A DNA stretch of 64,000 nt, from assembly GCA_951406725.2 (NCBI GenBank), contig OX597819.1, forward strand, positions 87,792,001-87,856,000, in the 5' to 3' direction. Source of the DNA: Octopus vulgaris. Its lineage: Eukaryota. Each line of letters starts with the position of its first letter. Within the stretch, counting starts at the first letter, position 1. The position numbers and the translations under genes are program-made. The notes under the pieces were generated by a model, which did no database searches, had not been told where the DNA came from, and saw only the letters and a list, made by a program, of their open reading frames with translations. This document shows, one piece after another, positions 27,305 through 39,923 of the stretch.

Positions 27305-30300
27305 AATGATGATACTGTTCTATGAAAGGTTGCTGATTTTGAGGGAATGAATCTAGCTTACGTCGGCTTTTCTGGTCCAAACGTTACATTTTTGATTCAC
27401 TGCTGATCTTTCAGCTGCAGCATCCATTTTGTCCAAATCCATCCTCTTTCCCTTTAAAATCAATAACTCAATGCCTTGAATGATTGCTAGATACTCACAT
27501 TGTATGCTATACCTGCCACATTCTAATCTTTCATCTTGTGGACTTTAATCATTTCAAAGGGGTAGCTACAGGTTTTTAACATGGGTGGAGATTTATAATC
27601 ATTTCTTAGTCTTCTTTTCGTCTTATTTCTTTTCTTATTCTATCCTCTTTTTTTTCTTTTACCCTATATTTTACCTTTCTCTTTGTTTTCTTCTTCATTC
27701 TCTCTCTTATCCTCTTTTGCTTTCCTTTTTCTTATTCTTTTCTTTCAATTCTTTGTTGTTGTTTTTTTTTCCTATTTTTCCTACTTTTGTCACATTTCCA
27801 CCCTGTAACACTTTCTCCCTGAAATATCTTTCTACTTGGCTGCCACTGTATTAGAAGTCAAGTAGAAGCCAGCACTTAATTCCTTCTCCACTCCTTATAT
27901 AATTTTAAAAAATAAACACACACACACACACACACACACCACATTACACACACCACACCACATTGTACACACAACACACACACACTCATTACCTGAGATT
28001 GTATAAACTTAACTCTTCTTGTGAGCATGTTAACATGAATGAATCTTGATGTGTGTATGTTTAAAAGTTCGTTTTGATTTCATTAGGACTAATTCCTGCA
28101 CACTGACCTTCCATAATATTTCATTTCAAAGAATAATACTTCGACTATAGGCAGTGGTTGGATTAGAAGTGTATTTTAATATATAACCAACAATTTAGTG
28201 GAAATTCTTGCTTTTTCAAGGCAGCACTTGGATTTCAGGTGTTTTCATCAGTTAAGAGGTAAATCTGAAATTCTTTTGACAAAGACAAACTTTTAAATAC
28301 TTTTTTACCCAGACCTCTAGATCTGGCTACTTGTATAGTAGACTCAGCTTGAGCATGAATGAAATGGAGGTTAGTCTTCTGGACTTTCTTACCTTGTTTC
28401 TTTGATGTCTTTAAACCGATCCTTATGATCTTAGTTCTACCAGTGAATCCATGTTATTTGGGTTTTTTTTTTTTTTTCATTTTTATTTTTTGTGTTAAAT
28501 TCTTTCATTTCATACACACAGACACACTCGCACTACACACACACACACACACATATTCTCTCTTCCTCCCGCTCTCTCTCTCCCTCTCTCTCACACACAT
28601 TAATTCTTCTAACATTCTAATTTTAGGATAATTGTAAAGTCTTTTTTTTTTCCTCTTAACAATTATTAGTTTAGTTACCTCATTGATATTATTTTAATCA
28701 TAGAAAAACAAAATGTCTTAATGGAATAGATATACTAAAACACCATTTCACTTATATATATTTAGATATAATTAAATCTTAGATTTGTCTAGGGTTACAA
28801 AACTTCAAAATCTTTGGGTTTTCTCTTTTATTTATTTTCAGATGGGGGTTTCTTTAATCATTACAGTTAAAATCCTGATTTCGTTTAATATTGTCATTTT
28901 TATTTTCATCTTTCTGTCAGAAATAGGTCATTTCAAGAAATACCACATTACCGCATTGAGGATATTGTTTATAAAATTTGCTTTGCTGAAATAGCATTCT
29001 GTGGAATAAAATAGATTCATAAAACTTTTTACACTTACACCCCACCCCCCTCCATTCCAAACATATTGCAGTAAATTTGAAAGCTTTTATTGAAACAGTT
29101 TTCTGTAAATTTCTATTGTCAGATGACAAAGGGTTAAATCAGGGCTTCTTCTTGGCAATATTTTGAAACATAAGTTTCTTTTCATTAAAGAATTTCTCAC
29201 TGATACCATCTATCAGATTTTTTTTTTACTCTAGTAATACTTGCAAAACATGAAATTGATATAGTTACAAATCTCTTTCTCAAAGAACATTTTGTTTTTC
29301 TAACATTGTTGCTGCTTTTTAAGCACTAATATAAATAATTTCTATAATTTAACAGTTTCATTTTGTTTAATAACCTGGTTGCAGATGTTTCTTCTGTATA
29401 ACACCCTGAAGTTAGACCCCCTTCCCCACTTCATGTATTAGTCATGATTCTTTACATAGTATTTACCACTTTTGATATAGAAAATATATTTTTTAGCTTA
29501 CGGATGTTTTCAAAACAAGAATGATTTAGCGTTCATCACACTGTTGAAGAATTGTGCTTTCATTAGATTCTTGTTTTTAATTCTTCCAATCTAGTTTTAC
29601 TTTTCTTTCTCATAATTATTACTAAAAGTACATTTTATGCATCGTTATGTCCAACTTTGTGATGATTATATATGTATTTCTGTTTTATCCCTTTTTTTTT
29701 TATAACTTAAGTTTTTAAATGTTGACCCAATAGAATCTTTTATAAATGAATTTAAAAGAAAACGTTAAATCTTTTTCCATGTAATTTTCATTTTAAAGAA
29801 TTATGAAAAATAACCCCTATCAGAAATTACATCTTTGAAATATGCAAATAAAATCTGATTCTCTTTCATGAAAATTGTCCAAAATTTGCTTGCTTTTAAT
29901 TAATTCTTTTGAATATTTGAATTCTGTAAAGAACTAGTATCAAGAAAAGTGGAAGGCCCTTTATTTTTTCTCTCCTATTTGTTTTAGTTATGAAGTTATT
30001 TTTTTTTATTAAGTAAACAGTGACTTATAGTCAAAAATCCGAACTGTTTTCACCTCTATCTGTGATCTAATAACAGCTCCGTTACTTGTGCAGAAACCAA
30101 ATTTTTTTTTTTCTTCTTATATATTTTAATTATCCTTCTTACAGAATAAAAATATTCTATAGATTGTTAGAAACAAACTGCTTCATTTACTTCAAAAAAG
30201 TATATCCAGATGGGAATGTTTCTGTTTTCTTCCCTATAATTGACACTTTTGATTACATATAGATCATTATACAAACTCTTCTGTCTGGGACCATGCAGTG

Positions 30301-31500
30301 AATTAGACACACACACACACTTTCTTTTTCTCTCTCTCCCTCTCTCTTTCTCTTTCTCTCTCACTCACACACACACACAGTTTTAAATGTTGTAATTTTT
30401 GATTCATTAAATATGCAGTTCCTCATCAGAAAGTTACAATAATCACTCTCTTAATCTGCAAAGACTTTATTTTTGGTTGAATGTTTTTTGTTTAATTCTT
30501 ATCTCATTTATTGAATATCAAGATCAACCACAGTTAGTAAGTTTCCTTATTCTGTAATTCTATATTTTAGTTTATCTTTCCATGTTACAATTTTTATATA
30601 TCTGGTTCCTTACATTTGGTTTTTGAATATTAGACAAAAGACCCTCATAATTTAGATCTTAATTGTTGTTTTTCAAAACTTCCAAGTTATTTAGAATCTG
30701 GAATCATTATTATTGCTGCTTTTCATGAAAAGTCCTTAGATACAATTATAAAGTAAAGTTTTTCTTCAAATTTTTCTCTTGAAAAAAAAAAAAAGCTTCT
30801 TTCAGAAACAATCTCTATCCAGCAATTATTTTTTTTTTATGATACTAGTATTCAAAAACTATAGAATACTTTTAATAACTGCTGTTATAAGAAAAAAATT
30901 ACAAAACTGTTATATCAGAAGATGTAGCAATTCTGCTCATCATTTGGCTGATTTTATTTGTATTTGCAAGTGAGTTGCTTTTGGATATTACACAGGCTGT
31001 GTATTTCTCTTCCTCTCTAAGTACTTTACTTCTATAGGAAAATCGAATCAACTGTTTCTATTTGAAAAAGTAAAGTAAAGAAAAATAAAGAAGAAACAAA
31101 TGGATTCAGATGTCCTATTAGCTGTTCTCTTTCTCTCTCTTTCAAAGATGTATGCACCATAACACATACATCTACATACACACACAAACATACACATCAT
31201 AGTTAGAAAACCTCTAACAAACCCTGCCATATGAAATAACTGTGTGAACTGCCAATTCCCTGCTGTTAATAATATTAATATAACTGATCGCAAATGTCAT
31301 CATTTAACATTATATAAGAAAAAATGATTTTTTTTTTTCCCCCTCCCCTTTTTATTTTTCTTCTTTTTAATCTAAATTGAATTGGGTACTGCTCTTGAAA
31401 GCAAGACATCCCAGAATCGTACATGAGTAAGTACTCTTGAATATGACTTTTTGGTCATGCTTTTAACACTAATAAAACTATTCCACTGAAACACTTTTTA
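27305..31500 (+). other. Probable long DAZAP2 3' UTR with several candidate poly(A) signals
   Basis: About 4.2 kb U-rich and free of recognisable TEs. AATAAA at e.g. 29847, 30145 and 31471. The true end is unknown. Confidence 0.5.
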
Positions 31501-31548
31501 TTCTTTCATTTTTTTTTTCTTTTTCTTTAATAGATATTTGTGTGGCAG

Positions 31549-31875
31549 CATAGGCACCAGCATGGCTGTGTGGTAAGAAGTTTGCTTCCCAACCACATAG
31601 TTCCAAGTTCAGTCCCACTATGTGACACCTTGGGCGGATGACTTGTGAGTGAATTTGGTTGATGAAAACTGAAAGAAGCCCATCAATGTGTGTCTGTGCT
31701 TCTCTGTGTTTGTCCCCTGCCACTCCTTGACAACCAGTGTTGGTTTGCTTACATCCTTGTAATATAGCAGTTCAGCATAAGAGACTGCTAGAATAAGTAC
31801 TAGGTTTAAAAATAAGTCTCCTGGGTCAGTTTGATTAAAACCCTTCAAGCCATGGTCGTGAAACAAATGAAAAGC
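31549..31875 (+). mobile_element. tRNA-headed SINE
   Basis: CATGGCTGTGTGGTAAGAAGTTTGCTTCCCAACCAC..GTTCAGTCCCAC; same family as 55389-55822. Confidence 0.8.
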
Positions 31876-31928
31876 AAAACAGCATACCTGAAATAAGGAA
31901 ACAGTACACATTTTTGATTTTATAAATA

Positions 31929-32477
31929 TATATTAGAAGAAATGAGGTACTCAGAAATTCGGATGGTTTTATATTTACAGATATTTATTTGTATATTTCA
32001 TGTTTTTATACATCATATAACTTAGATCATGTATTAGCGCTTTCTCCCATTCTAGTGGGGTTTTCAAATGGAACTAAGTTCGTGTGTAAAAAGTTTTGAC
32101 CATTTTATAGTGTTATTGAATGTGTAGTGGTCCAGCAGAACAAAAAAAAAATTTTTTTTTTCTTCTTCCCTCTCCCTTCCCCTCTTTTTCTTTAATACAA
32201 AAACACACACACACACACGCTCTCTCACTTTCTCCTCATCCATCACCCTCTTGTACTGTCTTATATCCCTCCCCACCACTACACACTCAATAACACTATA
32301 AAATGGTCAAAACTTTTCACACACGAACTTAGTTCCATTTGAAAACCCCATTAGAATGGGAGAAAGTGCTAATACATGATCTAAGTTATATGATGTATAA
32401 AAACATGAAATATACAAATAAATGTCTGTAAATATAAAACCATCCGAATTTCTGAGTACCTCATTTCTTATAATATA
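31929..32477. repeat. Long inverted repeat (~202-bp arms, 145-bp spacer), probably Penelope-like pLTR derived
   Basis: 31929-32130 is the reverse complement of 32276-32477 with about 6 mismatches. Each arm carries a hammerhead-like motif. Confidence 0.9.
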
Positions 32478-32504
32478 AAATACCTGTACATCATCTCCAA
32501 ACCT

Positions 32505-32542
<38 letters not shown>

Positions 32543-32680
32543 GCTTATGCATTGCAAGACTAATCATCTAGTGTAGAATGACGCATTAGTTGAGTACACA
32601 GCAGTAATAAGAAAATGAGATGACAAAGGAATAAACAATCATCTTTATGAACTTCATTAGCTTACGGCTGCTATTCAAGG

Positions 32681-32757
32681 CTCTGATGAAGCTGTGAGGT
32701 GTCACTCAGGCATTCAACTATGAGTCCACTACATCTTATAGCAGAAACAGCTGTAAG
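32681..32757 (+). ncRNA. Minimal type I hammerhead ribozyme-like motif
   Basis: CT-CTGATGA-A-[GCTGTGAGGTGT...ACATCTTATAGC 12-bp stem]-A-GAAAC-AGCT-GTA-AG. Confidence 0.6.
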
Positions 32758-33084
32758 ATAATCATTCATATCATTTATTTCTTTGTCATTTATATATATA
32801 TATATATATATATATAAAACGTAGATTTGCTGTTAATGATAATTATTTAACCTGATTTAGTAGAAGGCTAATTTTCATACGAGTCTAGTACACATAATTG
32901 AATTTCCCTGAGCTATTACTGAAACTTATTATTGCATATTTCTCTTTCAAATAGTGAAAGAAAAATCAAACTCTGACAGGCTTAATTAAATGTTCTGAGG
33001 CCTATATTCACTATGGCAAGTCAGGATTTTTCTGGTCAAAAGTTATGTAACCTTAACTTTAAAAAAAAGAAAGAAGTGACATCT

Positions 33085-33410
33085 CTTTTATCTTTTACTT
33101 ATTTCAGTCATTGGACTGTGACCATGCTGGGATACCTCCTGGAAGGATTTAGTCAAACAAGTGTACACTAGTACATATTTTTAAGTTTGGTACATATTCT
33201 GTCAATCTCTTTGGCCAAATTATGGGGATGCAATCAAACCAACATTGGTTAAGTTTTGTGGGGCCCAAATGCAGACACACGCACATAACAAACTTCCCTA
33301 CAGTTTCCGTCTACCAGATTCACTCACAAGGCATTAGTTTACCTGGTGCTATAGTGAAAGACACACATGACCATGTGGTCACAAAGCAAGAATCTTAACC
33401 ATGCAGCCAT
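33085..33410 (-). mobile_element. tRNA-headed SINE
   Basis: Reversed tail TCTTTTACTTATTTCAGTCATT and reversed head CTTAACCATGCAGCCATG. Confidence 0.7.
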
Positions 33411-34191
33411 GAAAATCACAGCTTGATTAACATTCTAGTTTGCTTCATTTGTTTTACATTTGTTTTCTTTGCTAGTATATTTTGGACAGGTTCTTATACG
33501 ATGCTATATATTTACTGCTAGGTGCTCTTCTTGTTACCAATTTGTTCCTGATTTACAGTTTAGGAAGCACTGAACAATGTTCTCTGGGAATGTAAACATG
33601 CAACACATTTTTTTTACTTTGCTCTTCATTCAGATTACCTTTTTTCAAAAAATTACATCTTTCACACATATACACGCTCTTATATAGGCATACATATGAC
33701 AGACTTCATGTGGTTTCCATCTACTTATTTCATTCACAAGACATTGCTTGGAGTGAGGCAATAGTAGGAAACATTGGTCCAAGGTGCCATACAGTGAGAC
33801 TGAACCTAAGAACACATAGTTGCAAAGCAAACTTAACTGCCTAGTTATACTGAGCCTTATCCATACATATTTTATCTCTCTTTGAAATTAGGGCCTTTTT
33901 TCAGCAACCTGAGATTTTCTAACCACTCTTTTTACAAGATGCCAAACAATAGTAGATTACTTATTTAAATATAATAGATTATGAATAAATATGAGGCAGG
34001 GTTTGTGTTGTGAGTTACTTAGTGACCTCAGTGGTGCTGGCGCCACATAAAAACCACTCAGTACACTCTCTTAAGTTGTTGGTGTTAGGGATGAAGACAT
34101 TAGTGCATGTTGCAGACCTTTGGGCTCACCAGCTCCTGTCAAACCATCCAACTATGCCAGCATGGTAAACCCATTAAATGGTGATCATGAC

Positions 34192-34602
34192 AGGTGCAGC
34201 ATGGTTGTATGGTTTAGAAATTTACCTCCCAACCAAATGGTTTTGAGTTCAGTCCCACTTTGTAGTACTTTGGACAAATAACTTCTTTTGTAGCCTTGTG
34301 CCAACCAAACCTTTGTAAATGGATTTGGTAAACTGAAACTGAAAGTTTATTCTATATTTATGTTTTAACATCATATGGTGGTTATAAATGAGTGTCACTA
34401 TCTCTCAGGTAAGAATTGCTATCTGTTTCTAGACTTACATAAAAAAAACATGTCCAGCCATGAAGAAATACTGCCTTGCTTTGAAACAGGTGAAGGTTGG
34501 CCACAGGAAGGGCAACCAGCCATAGAAAATTTACCTTAATGAATTCGATCAGACCCACACAAGTATGGAAAGGTGAACATTCAAACAATGATGGTGATGA
34601 TT
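34192..34602 (+). mobile_element. SINE with (GAT)n tail
   Basis: GAGTTCAGTCCCAC B-box region and ACAGGAAGGGCAACCAGCCATAGAAA tail. Confidence 0.7.
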
Positions 34603-35507
34603 TTATATATATATATATATATTTACACACACATACACACATTGTGTTGCTAAAATTAGGTTCTGTAGATGTACCTTTTCAGCAACTTGGAATAAGGATT
34701 GAACTAATAGAATTTGCTTGCTTATCTCCCAATTTATCTACTTATTGACAACCCATATTGTACTGTAAATGTGTTCTACGTTTTAATAAGTAATTTTCCA
34801 TTAGTTTTTCAACATCTTGAGGAAAAATGATAATGTGAATGTGATAGAGTTAAGCAACAAAACTTGTTCAATCCTCATTCAAAGCTACTGAAAAAAAAAA
34901 CAATTAGAGCCTAGTTTTACTACCAGACTAAAAGGAAATGATTCTGTATATTCAATTACTCATAAACATCTGTATTCGTACTTCAGCAATGTACAATCTT
35001 TTTCAGAAATTAGGCAAAACATTTTATGACGTAAACTTCATGGACCATCAAATGTAGATTTACTTTTAATCTCACCATGCAACAGAAGAACAAAACTTAC
35101 CATGGAGCACCAAAACTTTGATGTAGCCCACCAGTGGGCCACTGGAATCATGCAGTACCTAAATGTTTCTGTATATTACTAGCAAGCTCACTTTCTGTGC
35201 TGTGTTTAGGAAATGTTTATAGAATTTATTTGCTTTTGGTTGATCTGGAAATGACTAATGAAGAGAAATCAAAATAAATTTTCGACACGGATCTAAACAT
35301 GAGATTCTTCAGATGACTCTCAGAAGATTGGCAGTGAAAAAGCAGCCTTTCAGTAAGTAAATTAACATCCCTTAAGCTGCAGCATATATTGTGCAGGTTC
35401 TATATTCCATACACGTGAAACAATCAAATGCTTAGAAATAAACCACATGTTGATGTAATAGAAATAATGTAACCAAGCACAGACAACATAAGAAATAATA
35501 CATTATA

Positions 35508-35725
35508 CAAGGGGGTGCTGAAAAGTTCCTGGCTTTAGGCAAAAGAAAATACAGGAAGATCAGTCAATTATGATTTTATTCAACATATTTCCCTTCTCGG
35601 ATTCACACACCTATTGCAGTGATCCTTCAGTTTTTCTAAGCCTTGTAAAAGAACTCAAGAAATTGGGCCTCCAACCAGGCCTTTCACAACACCCTTAAAG
35701 CCAAGAACTTTTCATCATCCCTTCA
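35508..35725. mobile_element. Mariner-type MITE
   Basis: TA flanks. TIR core TGAAAAGTTCCTGGCTTTA / TAAAGCCAAGAACTTTTCA. Inverted copy at 59343-59558. Confidence 0.85.
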
Positions 35726-35748
35726 TATATTTGTTTAATCACTTGTTG

Positions 35749-35820
35749 AGCAGAGTGACACATGGAGGTGTGCTGGGCCCCATAACCCAGAGCTCCATGG
35801 GTTGAAACTACATTCCACAA
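35749..35820 (+). pseudogene. Decayed initiator tRNA-Met(CAT)
   Basis: AGCAGAGTG..GTGCTGGGCCCCATAACCCAGAG matches the eukaryotic tRNA-iMet 5' end and anticodon arm. It has an extra C, a damaged T arm and no 3' acceptor pairing. Confidence 0.75.
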
Positions 35821-36005
35821 AAAGATAAATATTATGTTTTATATTTATACATTGCATCTGAGTTGTCTACAAATATACCAACCATATGGTGGGTCTAAAG
35901 TATATCATGCAAAAGAAATTTATACAAGGTCAAGGGTTCAGCAACTAACCAGGATGTACCGAAACCTTAATAGTATGGTGGATAGAGATAATCTTTGCAT
36001 TTGGG

Positions 36006-36050
<45 letters not shown>

Positions 36051-36053
<3 letters not shown>

Positions 36054-37275
36054 GGTGCGGTAAATAAATTGTCGGTCTGAGTTATGCAAAAATGAAAGTA
36101 ACACATCTCATTTTAATATATATTCACCAAACCTACATAAAAATATTTTGAAATACTAAAGAGTAAATTTGTTCAATAAAATTGCCAATGGCTTCAACCA
36201 CAGCCTCCAGACAACTTTGGAATCTCTTGCAACTCTTCTGGATGGTCTCCTTGTTTAAGTTGGTGAATGATGCCATAATCCTTGCCTTCAGTTCATCTTT
36301 GGTGTTACAAGGAGTTTTGTTGGTTTGTTGTTCAACTGCGCCTCACATAATAATCGAGGGGGTTGCAGTGTGGGGAGTTAGGTGGCCAGATGTTAAGGGT
36401 GATGTGATCACAGAAATTATCCGACAGCCATGACTGGGTTCTACTGCTTGTGTGGCATGGTGCAGAGTCCTGTTGCCAGACATAGGGTCTTCCAGCAGCC
36501 ACCCTCTTGCCCCAGGGCAACACTACCTCCCCTCCTCCAAGCACTTGATGTAGGCCTCCATGTTGAGTCTGTGGCTGTGTGGGAAGATGAATGGAGGCGT
36601 AATGTTGCCATCACTGGTGATCACTCCAAACATCATGATGTTGACTGGATGTTTGGTTTTTATCACTCTTGGTACATGTTTTGGAGACATGGCAAGTCAA
36701 TGGTTGCTCTGTATGTTCAACTGATCCTGGCAGAAATTTTTTCGTCTGAGAAAAATGAAAGCAAGTTCGGTTGGAAGGGATGCTTGAGTTCAAAAGCTTC
36801 ATAGCATGGTCTTTTCTCTTGTCCTTGATGGCTTGGTGTAAAAATTGCCACTTTCTCATCTTGTATGAGGAATACCAAATGTCTCATGCACTGCCATGTC
36901 CCTGACGTTGGACCTGATTGACTTGGAGGGATCATTGTCAATCATGGCCTGGATCTCGCCAACAAATCCAGGTGTTCTTTTCTTATCAGAAGGATCACTG
37001 AGTTTTCTGAACTACCATACCTTCGCAATTATCATTAAACTCATCCAACTCTTTCCTAATCTTCTGCAATGTTCATATTGGAATTTCTAGTGTGAATGGC
37101 AAGCAGTACAGCATGTTTACAAATTTCTAGCAGAGTGAATTGCATCATGGTGCTGTTTTTCTCACAGATGTTGCCCAACTGACCCTGCTATACTGTGTAG
37201 TCAACAAAATCAAAAACAATGCACATGAGCAAAATTAAAAATATAAAATGACGACAATTTACCCAATGCACCCTG
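36051..37275 (-). mobile_element. Near full-length DD37D (maT-type) Tc1/mariner transposon, frameshifted
   Basis: TA-flanked imperfect TIRs CAGGGTGC..TAAATTGTCG. Motifs FFSDEK and WQQDSAPCH..WPPNSPHCNPLD, with 37 residues between the second and third D. Confidence 0.9.
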
Positions 37276-38078
37276 TATGTATGTACGTATGTGTATATAT
37301 ATTTATATATATAAGCAGAGCAATATAAACAGAAGACCAAGGGCAATAATCCATACACGTTTTGTAAATTTTATTTTAAGCTTTACAATATGAAGATGAT
37401 AAGATTGGAATGATTCAATATTATTTAACCTCTTCAAAACTAAAAATATTCAACTCTTCTGAAAAAAAAGATTTAAGTTCTATTCCTTTTGCCAGCAAAA
37501 TTTTTCAGAGGAACTAAACCATAATACTTTGATAACTGAAGGAATATGGAAATGTCCTACCCAGAAGTAGGATTCTTGCAGCAAATTTCAGATGTCTTGT
37601 TAGTCAATACTTCATATATCTCTGCTGGAGAGTAAGTACCACTGAAATAATGGGAGTACCCTACCTTTAGTCATTAACAGAAGAAATCCATCTGCCCTAT
37701 TAATAAGCCTGACACTTGGTGGAAAACAATACCTAATCCATTGTTGTGTTGTCCACCTTTTCCATGGCATTTTGCTCTTTAAAATTTGCAGGTACTATAA
37801 CACCTATTGGAACTCATTATATTTGATCCTTCCCAAACATAATGAATATTACATTCCAAAAGAACTACTCCAGAAATTTTTCTTTTTTAACCTTTGTAAC
37901 TATCAACCAGACTGTGATGTTATTCACTGCCAGTTGTAATGCACTTCCCTGCATTGTAACTTTCCAATATTGCCAACCTGGTGGCTAGATGGGCAAACTA
38001 ATATTAACCCTGAATGGGATGCCAGTTAATCACAGGGTTACCTATTTGCAGCAGTGTTGACAGAAGCAACATGAAATG

Positions 38079-38250
38079 AAGGTGTGAAGGCATGTAGCCT
38101 AGTAATTAAGGTGTTGTACTCATGATCACAAGATTATGGTTTCAATTACCAGACAGGTTGTTTAAGAACACCCTGTCTAGTAATCGAAACCACAATCTTG
38201 TGATCATTAGTGCAACACCTTAATTACCAGGCTACATGCCTTCACACCTT
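38079..38250. repeat. Snap-back palindrome of a SINE tRNA head
   Basis: About 84-bp arms, about 7 mismatches, 4-nt loop TAAG. Confidence 0.9.
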
Positions 38251-38270
38251 TTACAATATTTCCAAGGTCG

Positions 38271-38716
38271 AAATTAATATTGGTTTCAAAATTTGGCACA
38301 AGGTCAGCAGTTTAGGGGGAGTGAGTAAGTTAATTACCTGCACCCCAGTACTCAACTGGTCCTTATTTTATTGACCCCCAAAAAAGATGAACCCAGAATG
38401 TAAAGATGGACGAAATGCCATTTAGCATTTCACCCTGCATGCTAACAACTCTGCCAGCCTGCCTCCTTAAGGTACATATTAATATTACTAATCACAGTAA
38501 GGTGGGAGCTGGTAGAATCATTAGGATGCCAAGCAGAATACTTAGCATTTCATCCGCAAATTTGATTATGCTGAGGTTGATATTGCCTTTCATCCTTTCA
38601 AAGTTGATAAAATAAATACCAGTGAGAACTGGGGGTTCAATGAAATCGACTCCTTCCCCATCCTCACCACCACCACCAAATTTCTGGCCTTGTACCAAAA
38701 TTTGAAATTAATATTA
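38271..38716. mobile_element. Divergent inverted pair of Deu/Nin-like SINEs
   Basis: Minus copy ~38271-38470 and plus copy ~38498-38716 (GCCTTTCATCCTTTC..GATAAAATAAATACCAG). The plus copy is flanked by TTAATATTAC(T/A)AATCACAGT repeats. Confidence 0.75.
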
Positions 38717-39131
38717 CAAATCACAGTGAATTAGATTAACTTTAAAAGTGAATTTTCACATCTACAATGCTGCGTATTAGGTGTCTATGAATTTGGGAAA
38801 CTCCATCTGCTAATCAGCATAACATTCAACTGCTATGCAAAAAAACTTTACGTTCATTACCTGCAGCTTATGCTGTGTTGCGTCTATAGCCATGAAACTT
38901 ATATCTTTACTGGCCTGATCTGTCTAGGTATCATTGGGTGACAAGCTTGCAACTGCAGGCAGCATCTGACCTGTGTGACATTATTTTGTTCAAATTAATA
39001 GTATGTTCCTGTCAAGCTGACTTGCTTTTGTTGGATGAAACTTTCAGGTTAGTAGTTAAGATACATTCACACTGAACATAAAAATTTTCAAGTATTTTTC
39101 TCTGAGTTCTAAGTTGTGTGTGTGTATACCT

Positions 39132-39355
39132 GTTAACCTTTTAGCATCCATATTACTCTGTCAAATGTAATGCTTATTTAATCTCGTTGTTTTGAATTAC
39201 TCTCACATTATCTCATAGCTTTGACATTTCAGTGATATGATTGTTTAATTTTAGAATGATATTGCAAGGTAGGTGTGAAAGGCCAGATCTGGGCGATTTG
39301 GGTATAGAACAGGTTGACTACTTTGGCCAGATATGGCTAATTTAAATGCTTAAAG
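39132..39355. mobile_element. piggyBac-like MITE (family B), reverse orientation
   Basis: TTAACCTTTTAGCATC start; reverse homology to 56025-56253. Confidence 0.7.
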
Positions 39356-39870
39356 CAACCAACATATTCATTCCACTCATTGCATTCTTCTAGTCTTTGC
39401 CTAAATAAGAGAATATGAAGTGAGCACCATCACTTTTTATTGAACTCATTAAAGGCTAAAATATTAAGATATAAAAACTGGTTTATTGGTATTTTTTTCA
39501 GCACTAGGGTAAGGAAGAAGTTTGATGTATAAATTATTTAAATAATAATTATTTCTATAATTACAATAATTTCATTATTATTATTATTCTGCATCAACTG
39601 CCAGATACTCTTCCTCATGGGTAATATTGTTAAAATGTAAAGAATTCATATCTGCTCCTGTATATCCAACATTAACTTGTAGTTCCACACCACAATATTA
39701 GGGTATAACTTCAATTCATAATTCATGAAATATATAGGTGTTAGGAAGGGCATCCAGCCATAGAAACCATGCCAAATCAGACTGGAACTTGGTGCAGCTT
39801 CCCCACTTGCCAGTTCCAATGAAATTGTTTAACACATGCCAGCATAGAAAGCAGATACTAAATGATGATG

Positions 39871-39923
<53 letters not shown>

